From Minisyncoccota bacterium (GTDB taxonomy: Bacteria; Patescibacteriota; Minisyncoccia; Phycocordibacterales; UBA6065), in NCBI GenBank assembly GCA_036400935.1, contig DASWWW010000003.1, positions 101,083-165,082 on the forward strand: a stretch of DNA of 64,000 nucleotides, read 5' to 3'. Under the pieces are notes generated by a model. The model was given only the letters and a program-made list of their open reading frames with translations, made no database searches and had not been told where the DNA came from. Position numbers and translations under genes: made by a program. Of this stretch, positions 10,643 through 18,624 are shown piece after piece (within the stretch, counting starts at the first letter, position 1; each line of letters begins with the position of its first letter).

Positions 10643-12087
10643 CAGAATTGGAAATAGATGAATTGGTGGGCGCCGCCGAAGGATCCTGCGCACACGAGGG
10701 CGATGGCGAATGCGACATAGAGGGCATAGCGGGCAGGGGCAGAAGCCGTGCTCAACCGTGCGTGAACGATGCCTCTCGATCGGAAGAAATCTACCGTCTC
10801 CATAAATATGATGCCGAGGACGCCGATAAGCAGCGCCTGCAGGCCGTAATCCATAGCGAGGACATGCCTCATGGCATCGATCGACGTCAGGCTCGAGAGG
10901 AATTCAGGGATGCCGGTAGGGATGCGGGCAAGTATCGAGACGGCGCCCGATACAGTTTCCGCCCTGAAGAATACCCAGGTGACGCATATGAGGATGAAAG
11001 TGAGCGGTACTGAGAACAAGCTCTTGCCTATGGTAATGCCTCGCTTTGCGAGAGCGTTTTCTATCACTAGGTATACGCCGTTTATGCCTCCCCAGATGAC
11101 GTACGTCCAGTTGGCGCCGTGCCACAGTCCGGACAGGAGGAAGGTCGCGAGAAGGTTTGACCGGGTGCGCGAAGCGGAGCCGCGATTGCCGCCGAGGGGT
11201 ATATACACGTAGTCGCGGAACCAGCTCGAGAGCGAGATATGCCACCTCTTCCAGAATTCGCCGACCGATCCCGAGGCGTACGGCCTATTGAAGTTGAGGA
11301 CGAGCTCGTATCCAAGGATGTTGGCGGCGCCTCGGGCAATATCGGTGTATCCCGAGAAGTCGCAGTATATCTGATAGGCGAAGAGCGCCGCAGCCAGGGC
11401 GAGCGTCGGTCCTGGAAAATCTGCCGGAGTGGCGAAGGCGGCGTTTACGAGAGGCGCAAGATTGTCGGCGATGACGAGTTTTTTGAAGAAGCCCCATGCC
11501 ATGAGATGGGCTCCACGACGCGCGAGTTCAGGATTGAATCGGCGATCCTCGAAGAACTGGGGAAGGAGGGTTTTCGGGCGCTCGATAGGGCCCGCCACGA
11601 GCTGAGGGAAGAATGCTACATAGAGGGCAAACTTTCCGAAATGATTCACTGGCTCGACCCTACGCATATATACGTCGATGGTATAGCTGATGCTTTGGAA
11701 TACGTGGAAGGATATGCCGATAGGAAGCAGGAGGTTAAGGAGCGGCAGGGACGTATCGCTTCCGAATGCGTGAAAGACGGAGCTGATCGAGTCGAATATG
11801 AAATTGAAGTACTTGAATACGAACAGGAGGCCGATGTTTCCGACGAGGCTTACCATGAGCCAGGCCTTTCTCTTGGCGTGGCTGTCGCTCTTGCCGATCA
11901 TCAGTGCGGATACGAAATCGAGGACGGTTATGGCGAGAAGTATGAGGCCGTACTCCGGCTTCCACGACATGTAGAAGAAGTAGCTCGCGGCAAGGAGGAC
12001 GATCCACCTGAATCTGGCGGGCGTGAGGAAATTGGCGATGAGGACCAGGGGAAAGAAGACCAGGAATCGGATGTCGACGAAGCTCAT
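10642..12087 (-). CDS. MBOAT family O-acyltransferase (AlgI/DltB-like)
   Basis: LPIGISF, FFPQLVAGPIER, DFSGYTDIARG, EFWKRWHISLSSWFRDYVYIPLGG, GLWHGA, C-terminal FIYFQF. Confidence 0.95.
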   Translation of the reverse strand: MSFVDIRFLVFFPLVLIANFLTPARFRWIVLLAASYFFYMSWKPEYGLILLAITVLDFVSALMIGKSDSHAKRKAWLMVSLVGNIGLLFVFKYFNFIFDSISSVFHAFGSDTSLPLLNLLLPIGISFHVFQSISYTIDVYMRRVEPVNHFGKFALYVAFFPQLVAGPIERPKTLLPQFFEDRRFNPELARRGAHLMAWGFFKKLVIADNLAPLVNAAFATPADFPGPTLALAAALFAYQIYCDFSGYTDIARGAANILGYELVLNFNRPYASGSVGEFWKRWHISLSSWFRDYVYIPLGGNRGSASRTRSNLLATFLLSGLWHGANWTYVIWGGINGVYLVIENALAKRGITIGKSLFSVPLTFILICVTWVFFRAETVSGAVSILARIPTGIPEFLSSLTSIDAMRHVLAMDYGLQALLIGVLGIIFMETVDFFRSRGIVHARLSTASAPARYALYVAFAIALVCAGSFGGAHQFIYFQF

Positions 12088-12091
12088 ATCT

Positions 12092-12973
12092 TTATTTCTT
12101 TACGGTCGAGCGGATCAGGCAGTAATAGCTGTTGGCTTTCTCGAGCATCATCGAGGCGCCGGGCATGAACTCGTCGAGGTATACCTGATACTCGCGGCCG
12201 TCTCGCTCGAAGGTCGAGAGTATGTCGCCGAGCTTGTTGTCGCTCGTGCCGAGCGAATAGTGATATTCGAGGACGCAGGTCTTTATCTTTCCAAGGACGC
12301 CGGCCTCGCGAAGCTCGCGGAGAACCATCTCCTCGGCGCCTTCTATATCGAGCTTGAGCAGGTCTATCGGTCCCTGCACGTACGGCGAGAGCCTTTTCGT
12401 GGTGACGGTCTCGGCATTCTCCTTGGTCGATTCTCCTTTCTGTATCGTCACGTCGAAGACCGACTCGACGATGGTGCTGCCGTACGATCCTGGCCCGCGA
12501 TTATAGAAGGAGACCTTGCCGTCCTTGTTCGATACGGCATACGGCTCGATCTCGACATCTTTGAGCGAGTTCTTGCTGATATTTTGCTCCAGGATAGGTC
12601 GTACTTCGGCAGAAGGCTCGAATACCCTTATCTTGCACGAAGGGAACATGTGCTTGAAATAGAGGACGGACATGCCGGCGTTTCCGCCGCAGTCGATGAT
12701 GGTCGGCGAGTCGGTGCCCGGCTCGAAATAGTAGGACTGGCGTACGAATACTTGCCTGAACGTCTCGAAGAAGAGATGGTATTCGACGAAAGAGACGGTG
12801 AATCCGAGGAAATGCTCCGTCTTGAAATGCATCCACCTGTTCACGAATGCCTTGAGCCTCATCCTAAGGTAGTCGCAGAGCAGCTTGCTGCGCGCCGGAA
12901 GCTTGTATTCGGGCGAGAGTATATAGGCTATATCGAGGGCGAAAGAAGCTATTCGATAGAAGGAGTATCGCAT
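12092..12973 (-). CDS. FkbM family methyltransferase
   Basis: IIDCGGNAG, FEPS and LLKLDIEGAE motifs. Confidence 0.9.
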   Translation of the reverse strand: MRYSFYRIASFALDIAYILSPEYKLPARSKLLCDYLRMRLKAFVNRWMHFKTEHFLGFTVSFVEYHLFFETFRQVFVRQSYYFEPGTDSPTIIDCGGNAGMSVLYFKHMFPSCKIRVFEPSAEVRPILEQNISKNSLKDVEIEPYAVSNKDGKVSFYNRGPGSYGSTIVESVFDVTIQKGESTKENAETVTTKRLSPYVQGPIDLLKLDIEGAEEMVLRELREAGVLGKIKTCVLEYHYSLGTSDNKLGDILSTFERDGREYQVYLDEFMPGASMMLEKANSYYCLIRSTVKK

Positions 12974-13009
12974 GAGATTGTGTGTCTGTTGGCACCAATC
13001 CTAGCACGA

Positions 13010-14275
13010 TTAGAGCCTTTTGTAAGCGAAATAATAGACGACGGCCGAAACCGCCTCGGAGGCGACGATCGCTATCGACGCGCCGATGAATCCGTAAGGC
13101 GGGATGAGGATGCCGAGGAGGGCGAGGCGCGAGGCATTCGTCGCTATCGATGTGACGTACTTCTTCTTTACGTCGCCGTGAGCGGTGATGAGCGTTTCGA
13201 CGAGGCCCTTTGCTTGGAAAGGAATGGCTAGGGCGAGTATCTGGCTTGCAAGGACGGAAGCCATGTATTTAGGGAAGAAGATCTTGAATATGAACGGCGC
13301 GGCGATTATATATGCGATACAGGCGGCGGATGATACGAGGACCATCTGCATCGTGCGCAGGCCCATACTTTTCTTTACCTCCTCCATGGTCTTGGTCGCG
13401 TAGCGGGGGAAGATGATAGGGAAGAAATTCTCGGAAAAGTTCTTGATCTCGCGGACGGGCGCCTGGGCGAACGAGTAGATAGCGAGCTGGATCGGCCCGA
13501 CGAAATGCCAGAGTATGAGCTGGTCGGCATAGCTCATTATCTGGATGACGATGCCGAGGATGCTCAGGTGCTTGCCGTACTGGACCGTCTCGCTCACTTT
13601 CGTCTTCGTCTCCTCGTCTATCTCGTGCTCCTGGGCGACCTTGTACTTTCGCAGGGCGACCGCGTACATGAACCACGAGAGGGCGAGATTGGTCGCGAAA
13701 TAAGTGATAAGGATCGTGAATATGTCTGTCTTTACGAGGAGGATTCCGATGAAGGCGAGCACGCTCGCGAGGTTTCCCGGGATGCTGTAGGCGGCCATCG
13801 ACTTGAAATCGCCTTTGCCGACAAAGAGCGACTTCCAGACGACGAAGCTGTTGAAGAAGGGATTCGCGAGGGCGATGAGGAGCAGGCCGAAGCCGAGGGC
13901 GGCATTGCCGTTTAGGTAATAGTAGAGCGAGCCAATCGCCGCAGCACCGGCAGCAGGCAAGCTCCAGAGGATGCTCTTTATGAAGAGCGGCCTGACCACG
14001 TCCTTGTTTCCTTGGGCGACGGCTCGCACTACCGACGTGCCGAGGCTGTTGAGCGAGAAGGCGCCGAATATGCCGACGAGGGCGATGATGTACTTGTAGG
14101 TGCCGTAAACGTTAGGGTCGACCTTGTTCGCGAATACGACCGTGAGGACCATGCCGCTTCCGACGGCGGCTACGCGGGTAGCCGAGAGCCAAAAGTTGCC
14201 GCTCGCGAAGCGGACCATGTCGGTCTTTGCGTATTTCTCCGACCAGCGGAGGATCTGTATGATTTTCTGCTTCAT
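13010..14275 (-). CDS. Oligosaccharide flippase (Wzx/MOP family)
   Basis: Multi-TM protein; YGTYKY; DQLILWHFVG..LAIYSFA; LIPPYGFIGASIA; start placed at MKQKII. Confidence 0.85.
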   Translation of the reverse strand: MKQKIIQILRWSEKYAKTDMVRFASGNFWLSATRVAAVGSGMVLTVVFANKVDPNVYGTYKYIIALVGIFGAFSLNSLGTSVVRAVAQGNKDVVRPLFIKSILWSLPAAGAAAIGSLYYYLNGNAALGFGLLLIALANPFFNSFVVWKSLFVGKGDFKSMAAYSIPGNLASVLAFIGILLVKTDIFTILITYFATNLALSWFMYAVALRKYKVAQEHEIDEETKTKVSETVQYGKHLSILGIVIQIMSYADQLILWHFVGPIQLAIYSFAQAPVREIKNFSENFFPIIFPRYATKTMEEVKKSMGLRTMQMVLVSSAACIAYIIAAPFIFKIFFPKYMASVLASQILALAIPFQAKGLVETLITAHGDVKKKYVTSIATNASRLALLGILIPPYGFIGASIAIVASEAVSAVVYYFAYKRL

Positions 14276-14368
14276 TTCGGCTAGTGTGTATCGTCGGTCT
14301 ATATAATACACGGCGCGGCGGAAAAGTGTCATATTCGGCGCCGCATCCTGTGCTATAGTTTTACGCAT

Positions 14369-16732
14369 ATGACTTTAAACACATTTTTACGCGGGACGGC
14401 TATCGCTTCGGTATTTGCTGCATTGCTGGCGCCATTCATAGTGCTCGACAACTTCTTTTTCCCATTCATCACGGGAAAGGGCTTCTATTTCAGGATAGTC
14501 GTCGAGATCGGATTCGCGGCGTGGCTTCTGCTCGCGTTCCGCGACGCCTCCTCTAGGCCGCGGCCGTCCCTGATCTTCTGGTCGTTCGTCGCATTCATCG
14601 GCGTGATCGCGCTTGCCGACATCTTCGGCGAGAATCCATGGAAGAGCTTCTGGTCTAACTTCGAGCGCATGGAAGGCTTCATAACCCTCGCGCACCTCTT
14701 CCTCTATTTCGTAATGGCCGGCAGCGTGCTCGCTACGGAAAAGCTCTGGAAGCGCTTTCTTGAGACGTCGGTCGCCTCGGCATTCGTCATGGCCGTCTAC
14801 TCGTTCTTCCAGCTGGCCGGAGCGCTGGTCATAAACCAGGGAGGAGTGCGCGTCGACGGCAAGTTCGGCAATGCGACCTATCTCGCCATCTTCCTCGTCT
14901 TCAATATCTTCTTTGCCCTTATCCTAGCGTTCCGCTCGCGCAATGAGAGGCTCAGCGCGCCCTGCGCTATCGGAATCTATTCCGGCATAGGCGTGATCAT
15001 GTTCTCGATATGGGTGTTTCTGGCGCAGTCCGACGCCTTCTCGAAGGGCATTGCGAATCTCGGCTCGAACGTATTCTGGGTCTATGCGGTGCTGGCATTC
15101 GCCGCGCTCATCACGTGGCTCTCGCAGAAATACAGCGCTTCGATCGCGTACGTGTACACCGTGCCGGTCCTCGGATTCGTTCTCTACTTTACGGCTACCC
15201 GAGGCGCGATCCTCGGCATCATCGGAGGCGTCTTGCTGTCGGCGCTGCTCATCGCCATCTTTGATAGGGGCGAGAGGAGGCTTCGAATCATCGCGGCGTC
15301 CGTCATCGGCCTCGTCTTCGTTGCTATAGGAACTTTCATCGCCATCAAGGATACGCAGTTCGTCGCGCAGAGCCCCGTGCTCGGGCGATTCGTGTCGATC
15401 TCGTGGAGCGAGACCAAGACCCAAGCCCGCGCATATATTTGGCCAATGGCGGTAGAGGGCTGGAAGGAGCGGCCTATACTCGGCTGGGGCCAGGAGAATT
15501 TCAACTACATCTTCAACAAGAATTACGATCCTCGCATGTATTCGCAGGAGCAGTGGTTCGATCATACTCACAACATCGTCCTTGACTGGCTCGTAGCGGG
15601 CGGAATCCTTGGCCTTCTCGCATACCTCTCGATGTTCGCGGCGGCTATCTACCTGCTCTGGAAGAAGGCTACCAGCCTCTCATTTACCGAGAAGGCTCTG
15701 CTCACGGGTCTCGGCGCCGCGTATTTCTTTCACAATCTCTTCGTATTCGACAACCTGATCAGCTATGTGCTGTTCGTGTCGGTGCTCGCGTACATCCATT
15801 TCTCATCTACCCGACTTGAGAAGCCTATGGCGGCGGACGCTGCCGAGGTCGAGGATTCCGAGACCATGGCTGCCGGCGCGCTCATGCTCGTCGTGCTCAT
15901 TTTCGGGATCTATTTCTTCAACTGGCGGGCGATAGCGTCTAATACCAGCCTCATAGACGCGTTGAGGTCCATGTCCGTCTATCCGATCCAGCCTGCTGCG
16001 GTTAACGATTCGTTCGCAAAGGCCCTGTCATACGACACTATGGGCCGCCCTGAGATCGTCGAGAGGCTCATCGAGGCTTCCCGTACTATGAATGCCGCGA
16101 ATATCCCTATGGAGCAGCGCACCAAGTTCTTCGAGCTTTCGAAGAAGGCCGTCGAGGCGCAGATCGAGCGCTATCCGGGAGATGCTCGCTACGAGGTCTT
16201 TGCTGCCAATTTCTACGCCCAGTACGGCGCGGCTGATCAGGCTTTGGCCCATCTCCTGAAGGCGGTCGAGCTCTCGCCGAAAAAGCAGACCATATTGTTC
16301 CAGCTTGGATCGCTGCACGCGGTACAGGGCCGCTACAGTGAGGCCCTGGATGTATTCAAGAGGGCGTACGAGCTCGAGCCGTCGTACGGTCAGGCCCTTC
16401 GCTATTATGTTTCCGCCCTCGTCTACAACGGCAAGGAGGCAGAGGCGCGAGCCCTCATCTCGAAGCTCGGTCTGGATGCCGCCTCGTTCTCCGAGGACTT
16501 CGTGAGCGCGTACGCGCAGGTGGGCCAGTGGGACAAGGCGATTGCCGGACTCAAGGCTCAGATTGCCGCCAATCCGACCAATCCCCAGATCCGCATGAAC
16601 CTGGTCGCCGCATACTTCCAGTCGGGCAACAAGGCGATGGCTATCGCAGCCTTGCGCGAGATGATCGCGCTTGATCCGGCGTTCAAGACCCAAGGCGAGC
16701 AGTATATCCAGCAGATACAGGCAACAAATTAA
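14369..16732 (+). CDS. O-antigen ligase (Wzy_C)-like membrane protein with C-terminal TPR repeats
   Basis: TATRGA; RAYIWPMA..PILGWGQENF; DHTHN; TPR-like helices ending A..L.P. Confidence 0.85.
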   Translation: MTLNTFLRGTAIASVFAALLAPFIVLDNFFFPFITGKGFYFRIVVEIGFAAWLLLAFRDASSRPRPSLIFWSFVAFIGVIALADIFGENPWKSFWSNFERMEGFITLAHLFLYFVMAGSVLATEKLWKRFLETSVASAFVMAVYSFFQLAGALVINQGGVRVDGKFGNATYLAIFLVFNIFFALILAFRSRNERLSAPCAIGIYSGIGVIMFSIWVFLAQSDAFSKGIANLGSNVFWVYAVLAFAALITWLSQKYSASIAYVYTVPVLGFVLYFTATRGAILGIIGGVLLSALLIAIFDRGERRLRIIAASVIGLVFVAIGTFIAIKDTQFVAQSPVLGRFVSISWSETKTQARAYIWPMAVEGWKERPILGWGQENFNYIFNKNYDPRMYSQEQWFDHTHNIVLDWLVAGGILGLLAYLSMFAAAIYLLWKKATSLSFTEKALLTGLGAAYFFHNLFVFDNLISYVLFVSVLAYIHFSSTRLEKPMAADAAEVEDSETMAAGALMLVVLIFGIYFFNWRAIASNTSLIDALRSMSVYPIQPAAVNDSFAKALSYDTMGRPEIVERLIEASRTMNAANIPMEQRTKFFELSKKAVEAQIERYPGDARYEVFAANFYAQYGAADQALAHLLKAVELSPKKQTILFQLGSLHAVQGRYSEALDVFKRAYELEPSYGQALRYYVSALVYNGKEAEARALISKLGLDAASFSEDFVSAYAQVGQWDKAIAGLKAQIAANPTNPQIRMNLVAAYFQSGNKAMAIAALREMIALDPAFKTQGEQYIQQIQATN

Positions 16733-17790
16733 TGACGATATCAGAGAATATAAACCTGTCGCAATTCACGACGCTGAAAATCGGCGGGCCGGCTCGCTAT
16801 TTCTGCGCGGTTACGAGCGAGGCTGAGCTGGAGGAGGCTCTGGCTTTTGCGAAATCGAAAAGCGTCAGGATTTTCATCCTTGGCGGCGGCTCTAACGTGC
16901 TCGTCGGCGACCCAGGTTTTAATGGCTTGGTTATAAAGATGGAGATGAAGGGGATTGAATTCGAGAAATCCACCGACGGCAAGAGCGTGCTTGTAACCGT
17001 TGCGGCTGGGGAAGCGTGGGATGATCTCGTCGCCAAGACTGTGGAGAAGGGCGCATGGGGATTGGAAAATCTTTCCCTTATTCCTGGAACGGTGGGGGCC
17101 GCGCCGGTGCAGAATATTGGCGCATATGGCACCGAAGTGATGAACGTGATCGAATCCGTGCGCGCTATCGATACCGAGAGCGGCGCGGCCAGGGTTTTCT
17201 CGAACGCCGAATGCGGATTCACGTATCGCGACAGCATTTTCAAGAGGGCCGAGTATAAAAAATACGTAATCGTGTCCGTCTCGTTCAGCCTTTCGCTCTC
17301 TCCGGCGCCGAACTTTCGATACAAAGACATCAAGGAGTATTTCGCCGCGAAAAAAATAGCCAGCCCGACGCAGCTCGATATCCGAAATGCCGTCATAGAG
17401 GTCCGTACCGCCAAGTTCCCGAATCTGGGCGAGGTGGGCACGGCTGGCTCGTTCTGGAAGAATCCGATCATCCCTCGGGCGCAGTTCGAATCCCTTGCTC
17501 TCCGCTATCCGGGCATCCCGGCTTTCCCTGCAAACGCTCCGGCCGGCTCGCGCGAGGTCGGCGCCGACGAGAGTACGGTAAAGATCCCTTTGGCGTGGGT
17601 GCTTGATAGTGTATGCGGTCTTAAGGGATTTGCTTTGGGCAAAGCATTTCTCTTTTCAAGGCAGCCTCTTGTATTGGTTGCCGAACATTCGGCCACGTCT
17701 ACTGATGTTGACCGACTAGCCGCGCATGTCGCAGATATTGTCCTTAGAAAAACAGGTATTATTATAGAAAAAGAAGTCGGATCGCTTTAA
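16732..17790 (+). CDS. murB: UDP-N-acetylenolpyruvoylglucosamine reductase
   Basis: TTLKIGGPA, LGGGSNVL, GLENLSLIPGTVGAAPVQNIGAYG, YRDSIFK, AGSFWKNP. Confidence 0.96.
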   Translation: MTISENINLSQFTTLKIGGPARYFCAVTSEAELEEALAFAKSKSVRIFILGGGSNVLVGDPGFNGLVIKMEMKGIEFEKSTDGKSVLVTVAAGEAWDDLVAKTVEKGAWGLENLSLIPGTVGAAPVQNIGAYGTEVMNVIESVRAIDTESGAARVFSNAECGFTYRDSIFKRAEYKKYVIVSVSFSLSLSPAPNFRYKDIKEYFAAKKIASPTQLDIRNAVIEVRTAKFPNLGEVGTAGSFWKNPIIPRAQFESLALRYPGIPAFPANAPAGSREVGADESTVKIPLAWVLDSVCGLKGFALGKAFLFSRQPLVLVAEHSATSTDVDRLAAHVADIVLRKTGIIIEKEVGSL

Positions 17791-17808
17791 GGCATCTCTA
17801 AACGTACT

Positions 17809-17837
17809 AAACCGCGCCTTAAAGGACGCGGTTTTTT
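17809..17837. terminator. Intrinsic terminator after murB, possibly bidirectional
   Basis: aaaccgcg-ccttaaagga-cgcggtttttt. Confidence 0.7.
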
Positions 17838-17956
17838 AGTTTTGCGAAGAATCGCAACACTTCATATATCTTTGCTTACCATGCGCTTACACAATTTTCA
17901 TTCCCACATGAAACAGAATCTCTGACTACTCACTGTTCCTTACTTTCGCTCGCATT

Positions 17957-18409
17957 TTACGCTTTTTCAAGCATTGCGCGGGCTTGCGCTTTGAGCATAT
18001 GAGCGGCCAATGCCGATTGCATATACACGAAGCGACTGTGATCACGGCATCCTTTGAGGGGAATGGGGTCACGGTATTGCGCCATGATGGCTACATGGGA
18101 GAACACTTCCATGCCTGAGAGATCAACTTTCGCGTTACCCATATCCTGTTCCGAGGGCCTATTGCTTGTCTCTGATTCCCATAGGAATGGAATAGAGATA
18201 GCAGTGCTGCCCTTCGGACATCCGCGCCTAACAGGCATGTAGCTGAGGCTCACATGGCAGAAGGGGCCAAAGAACCAATGTTGCTCGACACTGATTTCGC
18301 CTGTGGCCATTTCCAGAGGAAACAGCTTGCGAGCGATATCAGCGAGCAGGCTTACGACGACGTTGCAGGGAAGGATTAATCCTTGTGAGTTAGTGGACGA
18401 GGTGGTCAT
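17957..18409 (-). CDS. Hypothetical orphan protein (150 aa)
   Basis: ATG-start ORF downstream of a near-consensus promoter and a leader hairpin; no recognised domain. Confidence 0.55.
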   Translation of the reverse strand: MTTSSTNSQGLILPCNVVVSLLADIARKLFPLEMATGEISVEQHWFFGPFCHVSLSYMPVRRGCPKGSTAISIPFLWESETSNRPSEQDMGNAKVDLSGMEVFSHVAIMAQYRDPIPLKGCRDHSRFVYMQSALAAHMLKAQARAMLEKA

Positions 18410-18424
18410 TGTATTTTGTGTGTA

Positions 18425-18492
18425 GTGGAATTACTACATTTAGGCTCCGATAGGGCATAGACCCTGTCAGGGAATAAATGTAGTAATTCCGC
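18425..18492. repeat. Perfect 16-bp inverted repeat with inner stem (leader hairpin)
   Basis: ggaattactacattta (18427-18442) / taaatgtagtaattcc (18475-18490); inner gataggg/ccctgtc. Confidence 0.85.
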
Positions 18493-18522
18493 GCATTTCG
18501 AAGATCTCACTGTACTGGGTAT

Positions 18523-18551
18523 ATTATACACCTATTTTATATAAAAGTCAA
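18523..18551 (-). promoter_or_regulatory. Sigma70 promoter TTGACT-17-TATAAT for the 17957-18409 orphan
   Basis: Minus strand reads TTGACT tttatataaaataggtg TATAAT. Confidence 0.75.
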
Positions 18552-18624
18552 GTGTTTGGATTGATCCCGTATCCGTCTATATAGGGCTTCAAACCGATGC
18601 GATTACATGCTAATATAGCCCTCT

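Noticed and set aside
17530-17575. Short GC-rich in-frame insertion in murB (ANAPAGSREVG) with weak hairpin potential
   Set aside because: The pairing is imperfect and the site looks like a variable surface loop; there is not enough evidence for an inserted element.
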